A DNA stretch of 27,212 bases from Cyanophyceae cyanobacterium (lineage in GTDB: Bacteria; Cyanobacteriota; Cyanobacteriia; Cyanobacteriales; JBHJGN01), in assembly GCA_050331735.1 (NCBI GenBank), contig JBHJGN010000083.1, forward strand, positions 1-27,212, written 5' to 3'. Below are positions 17,036-25,243 of the stretch, piece by piece. Under the pieces are notes generated by a model. That model saw only the letters and a list, made by a program, of their open reading frames with translations. It was not told where the DNA came from and did no database searches. The translations under genes and the position numbers were made by a program. Positions within the stretch are counted from its first letter, which is position 1. Every line of letters begins with the position of its first letter.

Positions 17036-19252
17036 GTGGTAACTCAAAAAGATTTAGTCCCGGTTCCTGGTATTGAAAACGTCAGTCAGGAATTTAAAGA
17101 TAAAGTAGTTCAAATTGCTAACGACCTTGGAACCGACCCCAATTATCTCATGGCCGTGATGAGCTTTGAAACGGATAGTACGTTTAGCCCATCGATGCAA
17201 AACTATGCTGGCAGCGGTGCTGTTGGTTTAATTCAGTTTTTGCCTTCCACCGCCGCCAGTTTAGGAACTAGCGCTGATGAGTTGGGGCAAATGTCAGCCG
17301 AGGCACAGCTAGACTTTGTTGCCAAATACCTCGAACCCTATAAAGGCAAGCTCAATACTCTCGAAGATACTTATATGGCGGTATTTACCCCGGCAGCAAT
17401 CGGGAAAGGAAAAGAACACGTCCTCTACGAACAGGGAACAACAGCCTACCGCCAGAATAACGGTCTCGACAGTGACCAGGATGGCAAAATTACGGTAGGC
17501 GAAGCCACCCAAAAAGTGAGAGACAGGCTAGAGCAAGGATGGTCCCGTCAGCAATCTCAGGCAGAATCCCTCATTCAGGGACCATCGAGCCAGTCAGCAC
17601 AACCCGTATTTAAGCACAGCGTTCCTGAACGACAGCTCGATGCTTCAAACTATCCCGCTTTTGACTCAACCGTGATTGGAAGCGGTTATTTTACGGGCGG
17701 ATTTTTTGAGCCAGACGGTCACGGTCAAAAAAGCTTTACGACCAAATACATTGCGGGCGACACCCCCGATGAGGTGCAGACCAAAGCACCAGGACGCTAC
17801 AACATCGGGGTTGATTACGTTGTCAGCGATAATCAGGTAAAAGCGCTATACGGTGGCACCGTGATTAAGGCCGGCAACGAGGGCGGGTATGGCAACCGCA
17901 TTCACGTGCAAACCGACCTCACTTATCAGTTTCAGGGTCAAGAATACCCACTCTACGCTGCCTATGCGCATCTGGCAGAAATTGACGTGAAGCCCGGTCA
18001 AGCCATTGAGCAAGGAGAGCACATCGGCATTCAGGGAAATACTGGTGCGAGTAGCGGTCCCCATGTCGATTTAGCCACCTGGATAGAGGTTAATGGGGAG
18101 AAAATTTACGTTTCGCCTAATGCGATCGACAAACAGCTCACGCAGCAGCGGCAACAAACAGGTATTGATGCCACCCTCAAGGCCACTGCGGTGACGGATG
18201 CGGCCCAAACAATTTTGACTCATTTGGGCAAAGACACCGCAGCGGGACGGGAATTTCAGGGCAACACCTACAGCTTTAGCCAGCAAGAAGGAGAGCTGAG
18301 CGTGACGAAGGGCGAAGCAGAAATTCTGCGAGTAGAAAATGGAGCTGTTACCGTTAATCAACTGTCAGATCGCGATTTGAGCAACCTATCTCGCGTTGCC
18401 TACGCACTCGATTATGAAAGACATCCCAATATCAACGGTCTCAGCGATCCTGGCTTGACTGCCTTAACCCTGGCTAATGTCGCAAGAACAGTGGCCGAAT
18501 TAGACCCAAGAAGCAGCAGGGAAGCCGGGGCATACTCGCTGCAAGGATACGATTACAATATTGAGCAACGCGGCAACGATCTGCACGTAGAAGCCAAAGA
18601 CGGACGCGGTACTATTTTAGAGATTCAAGATGGACGAGTTCACCTCAATCGAGCCACGGTTCAAGATGTGGCGGTGCTGAGCCGCACTAGCTTCGCTCAT
18701 AGCCAACAGGCAACGATGAGCTCTCCCGCTCAGGGGCAAGCAACCTTGCGCTCCGGCGATCGCGGTGAAGCTGTGCGATCGCTACAAACGCAGCTCACCG
18801 AACTTGGCTACCTAAAGGGCGACATCGACGGTCAATTTGGTCCCGAAACCACAGCCGCCGTCAAGGACTTTCAGCGCGAACACAATCTAGAGCCAGACGG
18901 CATTGTGGGACCGAAAACTTGGCAAAGCCTGGATGAGGTCAACCAGCAGCAGTCCGCTCCATCACCCCAGACCCCCTCTCTCCCCCCCGATTCCTACCTC
19001 CGCACTGCTCAGTACGTGCAAGACTCTCTCCAACGTCCCGTTTCTGGGGCAGAGCTCGATACCTACGTGGCTTTAGCCGTCCTCAACGGGACGCAAAGCG
19101 CTGAAATGGCCGCCCAGGTGGTCAGCCAAGGCCCCCAAGCCCAAGCCTTGCAGCAGAACCCAGAGAAAGCTCAGCACTACGTTCAGACCTGTTTAGAGCA
19201 GGCCAGCCAGCTCGCCGAACCATCCCCTCAAGCGGAGCCAGAACTGGGATAA
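17036..19252 (+). CDS. Multi-domain peptidoglycan hydrolase: lysozyme-like/SLT domain, atypical M23 peptidase, two internal repeats, PG_binding_1 and a Q-rich C-terminal domain
   Basis: aa 20-165: LMAVMSFET (E45), AVGLIQF and Y.QN.GLD.D.DG.IT. aa 250-362: GVDY, GYGN, YAHL and G.QGNTG.SSGPH. aa 571-632: LRSGDRG.AV..LQ..L..LGY....DG.FGP.T.AAVK.FQ....L..DGIVGP.TW. No signal peptide. Confidence 0.88.
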   Translation: MVTQKDLVPVPGIENVSQEFKDKVVQIANDLGTDPNYLMAVMSFETDSTFSPSMQNYAGSGAVGLIQFLPSTAASLGTSADELGQMSAEAQLDFVAKYLEPYKGKLNTLEDTYMAVFTPAAIGKGKEHVLYEQGTTAYRQNNGLDSDQDGKITVGEATQKVRDRLEQGWSRQQSQAESLIQGPSSQSAQPVFKHSVPERQLDASNYPAFDSTVIGSGYFTGGFFEPDGHGQKSFTTKYIAGDTPDEVQTKAPGRYNIGVDYVVSDNQVKALYGGTVIKAGNEGGYGNRIHVQTDLTYQFQGQEYPLYAAYAHLAEIDVKPGQAIEQGEHIGIQGNTGASSGPHVDLATWIEVNGEKIYVSPNAIDKQLTQQRQQTGIDATLKATAVTDAAQTILTHLGKDTAAGREFQGNTYSFSQQEGELSVTKGEAEILRVENGAVTVNQLSDRDLSNLSRVAYALDYERHPNINGLSDPGLTALTLANVARTVAELDPRSSREAGAYSLQGYDYNIEQRGNDLHVEAKDGRGTILEIQDGRVHLNRATVQDVAVLSRTSFAHSQQATMSSPAQGQATLRSGDRGEAVRSLQTQLTELGYLKGDIDGQFGPETTAAVKDFQREHNLEPDGIVGPKTWQSLDEVNQQQSAPSPQTPSLPPDSYLRTAQYVQDSLQRPVSGAELDTYVALAVLNGTQSAEMAAQVVSQGPQAQALQQNPEKAQHYVQTCLEQASQLAEPSPQAEPELG

Positions 19253-19289
19253 AGTCCGAAGGAGCAGTGACGCTAGCTAGAATAGAAGC

Positions 19290-20117
19290 ATGCTAGAACT
19301 CCACTGCCATACCACCCTTTCAGACGGAACTCTCACTCCCACCGAGCTAGTTAAAGCCGCGCAAGCAGCGGGCGTGAGGGCGTTAGCGATTACGGACCAC
19401 GATACTTTAGCCGGCTGGGACGAAGCTCACGCGGCGGCGGCCTCGACGGGGCTAGAAATTGTGCCCGGCGTTGAGCTGAGCACAGTTTACAATAATCGTT
19501 CGCTTCATATTCTCGGCTACTATCCCGATCCCGAAAAACTGCTGCCGCCGCTGCGCGATCGCGTGGAGGGACGCTACCGCCGCGCTCGGCAGATGGCGGA
19601 TAAGCTAGCCGCTTTAGGCTACCCGATCGAACTGCCGGAAATGCAGGGCATTGCGCCGGGTCGTCCTCACCTGGCGAGAGCTTTAGTGAAGGCGGGGTAC
19701 GTCCAGTCATCCCAGGAAGCCTTTGCCCGCTGGCTCGGAGATGACGGCCCCGCTTACGTCTGCTACGAGAAATTGACGGCGGCTGAAGGCATTGCGCTGC
19801 TGCGAGACTGCGGGGCAGTACCGGTGTGGGCGCACCCCTATCTGTTTCGCGGCGGCACCGTGACAGAAATTTTACCAGAGCTAGTGACGGCGGGTCTGAT
19901 GGGCTTAGAAGTCTATCACCCGTGTCATTCCCCTTCTCAGGTGCAAAAGCTTCAGAACTACTGTCGTCAGTGGCATCTAGTGGCAACAGGAGGCAGTGAC
20001 TACCACGGACCCCAGCGGGAAGCCAGCGGAAAGATCATTGATTCCCTCAATCAGCTTCAGTTGCCCCTCAATTTGCTTGCGCCTTTGCAGGTGGCAGTTA
20101 GCAGCCTCACGACTTAA
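19290..20117 (+). CDS. PHP-domain phosphoesterase (YciV/TrpH-like)
   Basis: LHCHT..SDG, AITDHDT, PGVELS, HILGY, GRPH, AHP and GGSDYHG metal-binding motifs. Confidence 0.92.
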   Translation: MLELHCHTTLSDGTLTPTELVKAAQAAGVRALAITDHDTLAGWDEAHAAAASTGLEIVPGVELSTVYNNRSLHILGYYPDPEKLLPPLRDRVEGRYRRARQMADKLAALGYPIELPEMQGIAPGRPHLARALVKAGYVQSSQEAFARWLGDDGPAYVCYEKLTAAEGIALLRDCGAVPVWAHPYLFRGGTVTEILPELVTAGLMGLEVYHPCHSPSQVQKLQNYCRQWHLVATGGSDYHGPQREASGKIIDSLNQLQLPLNLLAPLQVAVSSLTT

Positions 20118-20143
20118 TGCTTATTTAATCAGAGATTAAAACA

Positions 20144-21511
20144 ATGACGACAGTAAAGACGATCGGCACCACTCAATTACCAGAAGGACCAACAGCGCCT
20201 GCGCTAGTGCAGTTTGTCAACTGGCTCGCTCGACCTTTTGACTATCTAGAAGAATGCGTCGAAAGATACGGAGATGTTTTTACGATGAGGCTAATTGGTC
20301 TTCCGCCTCTCGTATTCATCGCCGATCCTCAAGGAATTAAGCAAATTTTCAGCACAGACTCTCAGTCTTTTGATGTCGGACAGACCAACGAACTGGCTCG
20401 TCCCATTTTAGGCGATCGCTCTATTATTTTAATGGACGGTTCTCAACACAAGAGAGAGCGTAAGTTACTGATGCCTCCGTTTCACGGAGAGAAGGTGAAG
20501 TCTTATGCTGAGTCGATCTGCCAAATTACCGCTGCCGTCACGTCCCGCTGGGAAATCGGCAAACCGTTGATTGCCAGAGATGTTGCTCAAGAAATCACCC
20601 TCAAAGTGATTATGCAGACGGTCTTCGGGGTTGACGGCAAAGAAAAATACGCCCAATTCGGCTCGCTGCTGGCTGAGTGGCTGAATATTACGGCTTCTCC
20701 AGTGCGGTCGAGCTTCATCTTCTTAAAATTTTTGCAGGTGGACTTGGGAACCTGGAGTCCTTGGGGCAATTTCATTAGAACCCGACAAAAAATCTACGAC
20801 CTGCTGCAAGCTGAAATAGACGAGCGACGAGCACATCCAGAAAAACTGGGCAACGATATTCTCAGCTTAATGCTGTCGGTCACTGATGAAGACGGTCAGC
20901 CCATGAGTGACGACCAGCTCAAAGATGAACTCGTAACCCTGTTAGTCGCCGGACACGAAACCACGGCGACCAGTCTAGCTTGGGCGTTTTACTGGCTCGA
21001 ACAACGTCCTGAGAGCAAAGCAAAACTATTGTCAGAAATCGATAGTTTGGGTAAAAATCCTGACCCCATAGAGATATCTCGCTTTTCCTACTTAACGGCA
21101 GTTTGTCAAGAGACATTACGACTTTATCCAATCGTGCCGATCGCTTTTGCCCGGATTGCTAAACAAGATATTGAAATTATGGGTCGCTTTTTTAAAGCTG
21201 GTACTACCCTCGTTCCCTGTATCTATTCCACCCATCATCGAGAAGATTTGTATCCGGATTCCAAACAGTTCCGGCCAGAAAGATTTTTAGAGCGTCAATA
21301 TACTCCTTACGAGTTTCTCCCATTTGGCGGTGGCGTGAGGCTGTGTTTGGGGTACGCTTTAGCGATGTTGGAGATGAAGCTAGTTATTGCTTCTGTGCTG
21401 TCTACATATACTTTAGAACTAGCGGGTCGCCAATCGATTAAACCAAAGCGTCGCGGCGGCACCCTTGCCCCCTCCAATGGTGTTCTTTTAGTGCCAACTG
21501 GTCTTCGCTAG
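20144..21511 (+). CDS. Cytochrome P450 (CYP110-like)
   Basis: I-helix AGHETT, ETLR, PERF and heme motif PFGGGVRLCLG. RKLLMPPFHGE is typical of cyanobacterial CYP110. Confidence 0.95.
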   Translation: MTTVKTIGTTQLPEGPTAPALVQFVNWLARPFDYLEECVERYGDVFTMRLIGLPPLVFIADPQGIKQIFSTDSQSFDVGQTNELARPILGDRSIILMDGSQHKRERKLLMPPFHGEKVKSYAESICQITAAVTSRWEIGKPLIARDVAQEITLKVIMQTVFGVDGKEKYAQFGSLLAEWLNITASPVRSSFIFLKFLQVDLGTWSPWGNFIRTRQKIYDLLQAEIDERRAHPEKLGNDILSLMLSVTDEDGQPMSDDQLKDELVTLLVAGHETTATSLAWAFYWLEQRPESKAKLLSEIDSLGKNPDPIEISRFSYLTAVCQETLRLYPIVPIAFARIAKQDIEIMGRFFKAGTTLVPCIYSTHHREDLYPDSKQFRPERFLERQYTPYEFLPFGGGVRLCLGYALAMLEMKLVIASVLSTYTLELAGRQSIKPKRRGGTLAPSNGVLLVPTGLR

Positions 21512-21591
21512 TTGGGGCTTTACCTAGGTCGGCAACAACCATTAACAGAAAACGATGCTATCAAGCTGACCCTCATTAAATTGAATCCCCA

Positions 21592-22479
21592 ATGATTCCA
21601 ATTCTGCCCCCAGACGCGAACAAGCTCACAGAACCGTCTGCCATTGCCTTACTGACTAAATTGGAGCAGCGGGCGATCGCCACTCCTTTAAGGACCGAAC
21701 CTGTTGCTACAATCTATGTTCGCCACGGTCAGGGCGGAATTCCCCTACTGCTGCTGCATGGCTTTGATAGCTCGGTGCTAGAATTTCGCCGCCTCCTGCC
21801 CCTGTTAGCAGTAGAGAATGAAGCGTGGGCCGTCGATCTTCTGGGATTTGGCTTTACGGAACGTTCTGCGACCCTTGCCTACGGTTCAGAGGCGATTCGG
21901 ACCCATCTATATGCCGTTTGGCAAACTCTCATTCAGCAGCCCGTTATCCTAGTAGGGGCTTCGATGGGCGGGGCAGTGGCTCTCGATTTTACCCTCACCT
22001 ATCCAGAAGCCGTTCGTAAACTGGTGCTGATCGACAGCGCTGGACTGGCTAATCCCCCCTTGCTCAGCAAGCTGATGTTTTTTCCCTTTGACACCCTAGC
22101 AACAGAATTTCTGCGCCGTCCGCAGGTGCGTCAAAGTATCAGTCGCGCTGCCTATTACGATAAAAGCTTAGCGACTTTGGATGCCTACCGCTGTGCGGCT
22201 CTTCACCTCCAGCAGACGGGATGGAATCGGGCGTTGGCAGCTTTTACGAAAAGCGGTGGCTATGGTTCCTTTGCTAATCGTCTCTCAGAAATTGTAGCGC
22301 CCACCCTCATTCTTTGGGGAACCGACGATAGAATTTTGGGGACTAAAGATGCACACAAATTTGAGCAAGCTATTTCCCACAGTAAACTAGCGTGGGTCGA
22401 AAACTGCGGTCACGTTCCCCATTTAGAAAAGCCTCAAGTGACTGCTCAAGAGATTCTGAAGTATTGTCATGAAGGCTAA
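21592..22479 (+). CDS. Alpha/beta-fold hydrolase
   Basis: HGFDSS oxyanion motif, nucleophile elbow GASMG, acid WGTDD and catalytic His in CGHVPHLE. Confidence 0.92.
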   Translation: MIPILPPDANKLTEPSAIALLTKLEQRAIATPLRTEPVATIYVRHGQGGIPLLLLHGFDSSVLEFRRLLPLLAVENEAWAVDLLGFGFTERSATLAYGSEAIRTHLYAVWQTLIQQPVILVGASMGGAVALDFTLTYPEAVRKLVLIDSAGLANPPLLSKLMFFPFDTLATEFLRRPQVRQSISRAAYYDKSLATLDAYRCAALHLQQTGWNRALAAFTKSGGYGSFANRLSEIVAPTLILWGTDDRILGTKDAHKFEQAISHSKLAWVENCGHVPHLEKPQVTAQEILKYCHEG

Positions 22480-22644
22480 TCGCTAGTCATAAATACAGTG
22501 GGGACTAAGTCAGTCAGATTCACTTGGCGATATTCAAACATACCATCAACAATCAACGCTCGACAGAAATCAGGATGCAAATTTATCCCTCATCCAGTGA
22601 ACCATGACAGAATCAAATCAGTCGTCCTGGAGATTGGACTAATT

Positions 22645-23424
22645 ATGCCCTCTCCTTTCCCTGGCATGGACCCGTACCTTGAAGGCTATCTTTGGCCAGA
22701 CGTGCATAGTGCCCTAGCCAACAAAATCCGCCAGCAGCTTACTCCCCTACTGCGTCCTAAGTATACGGCTCGCCTGGAAGTCTATCTGGCTGAAGATCCT
22801 TTTCCCGAAGGTGAAATCGGCATTCTTTATCCTGATGTTGAAGTGATAGAAACCCCAGCCCGTCAGCTTCCCGCTCAAGCAGCTACCACTAGTAATACTC
22901 TCATCATTACGCCACCCGCCCTGACTCTGCCCGTGCCTCAAGCGGTACAGGTACGTCTGACTAGCGTAGAAATCCGCGATACTGCTAAAAATCGACTGGT
23001 TACCAGCATTGAGATTCTTTCTCCCGTCAACAAGCGAGAGCCAGGGTTGACCGCTTACCGACAAAAACGGCAACGAATTTACCAAGCTAACGTTCACCTG
23101 CTCGAACTCGATCTTCTCCGGCGCGGGACTCGCCCCTTTGCCCAACCCCGTTTGCCTGCTGTTCCTTACTGCATTGCCCTCACCCGCGATCGCGCCAAAC
23201 AGATCGAAATTTGGCCTGTCGAACTGCCAATGACCTTACCCGTCGTCCCCGTTCCCCTGCCAGACCCCGATCCAGATGTGCCCCTCGATTTGCAGGCTGC
23301 CCTCACGGCTATCTATGACGAAGCTGCCTACGATCTGTCTGTGGACTATAGCCAGCTACCGCCACCTCCTGCTCTTTCGAGTAATGACAGTGAGTGGCTA
23401 CAGGCTCAGCTACAGCAGCGCTAG
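22645..23424 (+). CDS. DUF4058 family protein (PD-(D/E)xK / Uma2-like fold)
   Basis: Signature start MPSPFPGMDPYLE, PDV...IEILSPVNK and HLLELDLLR.G. ATG at 22645; the ORF-track extension to 22498 is unlikely to be coding. Confidence 0.88.
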   Translation: MPSPFPGMDPYLEGYLWPDVHSALANKIRQQLTPLLRPKYTARLEVYLAEDPFPEGEIGILYPDVEVIETPARQLPAQAATTSNTLIITPPALTLPVPQAVQVRLTSVEIRDTAKNRLVTSIEILSPVNKREPGLTAYRQKRQRIYQANVHLLELDLLRRGTRPFAQPRLPAVPYCIALTRDRAKQIEIWPVELPMTLPVVPVPLPDPDPDVPLDLQAALTAIYDEAAYDLSVDYSQLPPPPALSSNDSEWLQAQLQQR

Positions 23425-23433
23425 CTGACTCGC

Positions 23434-24222
23434 TCAAGCCGTATAGGTGACTGTGCGATTTAGCTTTGGTCTGCCGAAGCGTTCCCAGGCGTTGCCGCCG
23501 CGCAGAAACAGCTCCATCCAGCGCACTTTCTGGCCGTTTGATAATTCCCAACCGGAACTGCCAGGAGCAAAGGCTAACGTTCCTTCAGATACTTGAAAAC
23601 TGCCGTCTGAATACACGGCATCGCTAACAACATCTCCCACCCGCACCACGACTTGAGAAGATGGTTCTACCTTAACAGTGTAGTCAGGAATGGTGGTTTT
23701 GATGTTTCCGTAGCCATCCACCCAGGCAATCCGCTCAGTGGGAGCGTCGGGAATATCCTCTGGCTGAAGTGCGTCGCCGATCAGAGAGCGATCGCCTTTG
23801 GCAATGGCCGCCGCAGCCTGGGGAAACACGTCGCGGGAGCGAAACTGAGAGCCTCCCCGCGAGACATCTAAGGGGTAAATTTCCTTCGCTGAGTTCTTAA
23901 TAAAAGAAAGGGTATATCCCGCTAGCACTCCCACCACCTTGACCTGATTCGGCAACAGCGCATAGGTGAGACCTTCCCCTTCGTTATCTCTCCTCGCTTC
24001 CGGGTCATCCTGGCGAGGAGCGCAGTTGTGGTAGATCAGTCGCTCAGAGGGACCGGGGGTAAGACCAAGTTGAGCGATCGCAAATCCCGTTGCTAAGGTA
24101 TTAAAAGGAGGTACTGAGAGACTGGCAATCTGAGCAGATGGCAGCTCCTTGAGTAGCCGTTGAGTCACTTCGGCAAAAGCTAAATCTCCAGTTCCATAAT
24201 CAGCGATTAGATTAATCAGCAT
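23434..24222 (-). CDS. SAM hydrolase / SAM-dependent halogenase (DUF62) superfamily protein, divergent active site
   Basis: LIADYG.GD, F.SRDVF, WVDGYGNIKT and GSSG....ELF..GG.A...F match the DUF62 fold. ATG at 24222. Confidence 0.85.
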   Translation of the reverse strand: MLINLIADYGTGDLAFAEVTQRLLKELPSAQIASLSVPPFNTLATGFAIAQLGLTPGPSERLIYHNCAPRQDDPEARRDNEGEGLTYALLPNQVKVVGVLAGYTLSFIKNSAKEIYPLDVSRGGSQFRSRDVFPQAAAAIAKGDRSLIGDALQPEDIPDAPTERIAWVDGYGNIKTTIPDYTVKVEPSSQVVVRVGDVVSDAVYSDGSFQVSEGTLAFAPGSSGWELSNGQKVRWMELFLRGGNAWERFGRPKLNRTVTYTA

Positions 24223-24315
24223 AGCGCAGCAGGTAATTTCCCCCTTAATCCTATGGCGACTCTGAGCTTCTGGAGCAACTCTCACTAAAATTTCTGCGCA
24301 TGCTCACTTCATGGT

Positions 24316-24411
24316 TCAGCGAACGCTAATCAATGGCTGTAGTAACAGGGTAATTGCTCCAACAACAACAAAGGATATCGTTACCCAAATCAGAATGTTG
24401 TTCAATCTCAT
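24316..24411 (-). CDS. Putative 31-aa single-TM microprotein (not in the ORF track)
   Basis: MRLNNILIWVTISFVVVGAITLLLQPLISVR* has one uninterrupted hydrophobic helix, is co-oriented with both neighbours and fills part of a 350-bp gap. Confidence 0.5.
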   Translation of the reverse strand: MRLNNILIWVTISFVVVGAITLLLQPLISVR

Positions 24412-24576
24412 GGTTTCTTAGGGTGTAAGGTGTATTTATCAAAAAAACAGCTTTTTCCCTAAAGAACATCTTTCTAGGGAAACACATTATTAGAGGTAGT
24501 GGAGGGAGCAGAGTTTGCTTCCGGTTCAAAAAGTCTAAACCCTTCCCGTTTAGGTGGCGCTTAAGGCGATCGACTG

Positions 24577-24945
24577 TTAATCGAGGGGCTGATCTCCAAT
24601 AACTTGACTAATGCGACGTTCCAGGCGATCGAGATCGAGACCGCCCTCATCGCGGCTGATTCGCCGGACAGTCCGATTCACGTTGGTCAAATCGGATAAC
24701 AAATCTTGCAGAATTTCTTGTTGCTGCCGAGCCATAATCACTTCCTGGGGTTCCTGTACCAGGTCGCGTACGATGGTATTTTCAGACCGTGAAGCGATAA
24801 TCGGCTCGCTTTGTCCTTCCAGATGGACGTGGGTGCGCCGTCCCGGTCCTCGGTCTTCTTCAATGGGCAAAATTGCTTTTACCTGATCGGAGCGCACGTA
24901 TTTCCCAAATCCTAAATGGACGAGCGCTGCTGACTTGATCTTCAT
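24577..24945 (-). CDS. Conserved hypothetical protein, RemA/DUF370-like N-terminus plus C-terminal helical extension
   Basis: LVHLGFG.YV....V.AI and GRRT.V......II.S....TI resemble RemA (LINIGFGN.V...RI.AI / GRRTRAV...S..V.LS...ET). The family call is tentative. Confidence 0.7.
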   Translation of the reverse strand: MKIKSAALVHLGFGKYVRSDQVKAILPIEEDRGPGRRTHVHLEGQSEPIIASRSENTIVRDLVQEPQEVIMARQQQEILQDLLSDLTNVNRTVRRISRDEGGLDLDRLERRISQVIGDQPLD

Positions 24946-25243
24946 ACGGATTAAAATAGGTTGCGTGTAGCATTTTTGTCGCTTCTTTAATTATACCGTT
25001 GGGGAAAAAGTTCCAATGCCCTACTGGAGTGGGTTTATACGAATTTTCCTGCCGTAATTTCCTCTAGCGATGAACAAAAAAATGAGCTAATTGAGAGAGC
25101 TGTCTACTGACAATTGGGCTGTTGAGAGGAAAGTTTGTTTTCCCTCTCCAGGGTGATGAATGAAGCTATATCAATTAGAAAAATGATGCTGTAACGACCG
25201 CGACCATCTCGGTCTCAATAGAAAGTTCACTAGAGGAAAAAAG

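Noticed and set aside
17010..17036. CIRCE (HrcA) operator upstream of the hydrolase
   Set aside because: The left arm TTAGCACTC is perfect, but after 9 nt the sequence is GGTTAATTG rather than GAGTGCTAA. A half-site is not enough to call.
17036..19252. Prophage endolysin or tail lysin interpretation
   Set aside because: No holin, structural, terminase or integrase genes lie nearby, and the flanks are ordinary chromosomal genes. A distant phage origin of individual domains is not excluded.
19390..19986. 198-aa minus-strand ORF
   Set aside because: It lies wholly antisense to the well-supported PHP gene in GC-rich sequence, with Arg/Pro-rich shadow composition.
19290..23424. Biosynthetic cluster made of PHP, P450, hydrolase and DUF4058
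   Set aside because: The genes are co-oriented, but there is no scaffold-forming enzyme or precursor peptide. Each family is commonly scattered in cyanobacterial genomes.
24326..24529. 67-aa minus-strand ORF in the track
   Set aside because: It has a non-ATG start and no protein-like features. The alternative 31-aa TM frame is more plausible.
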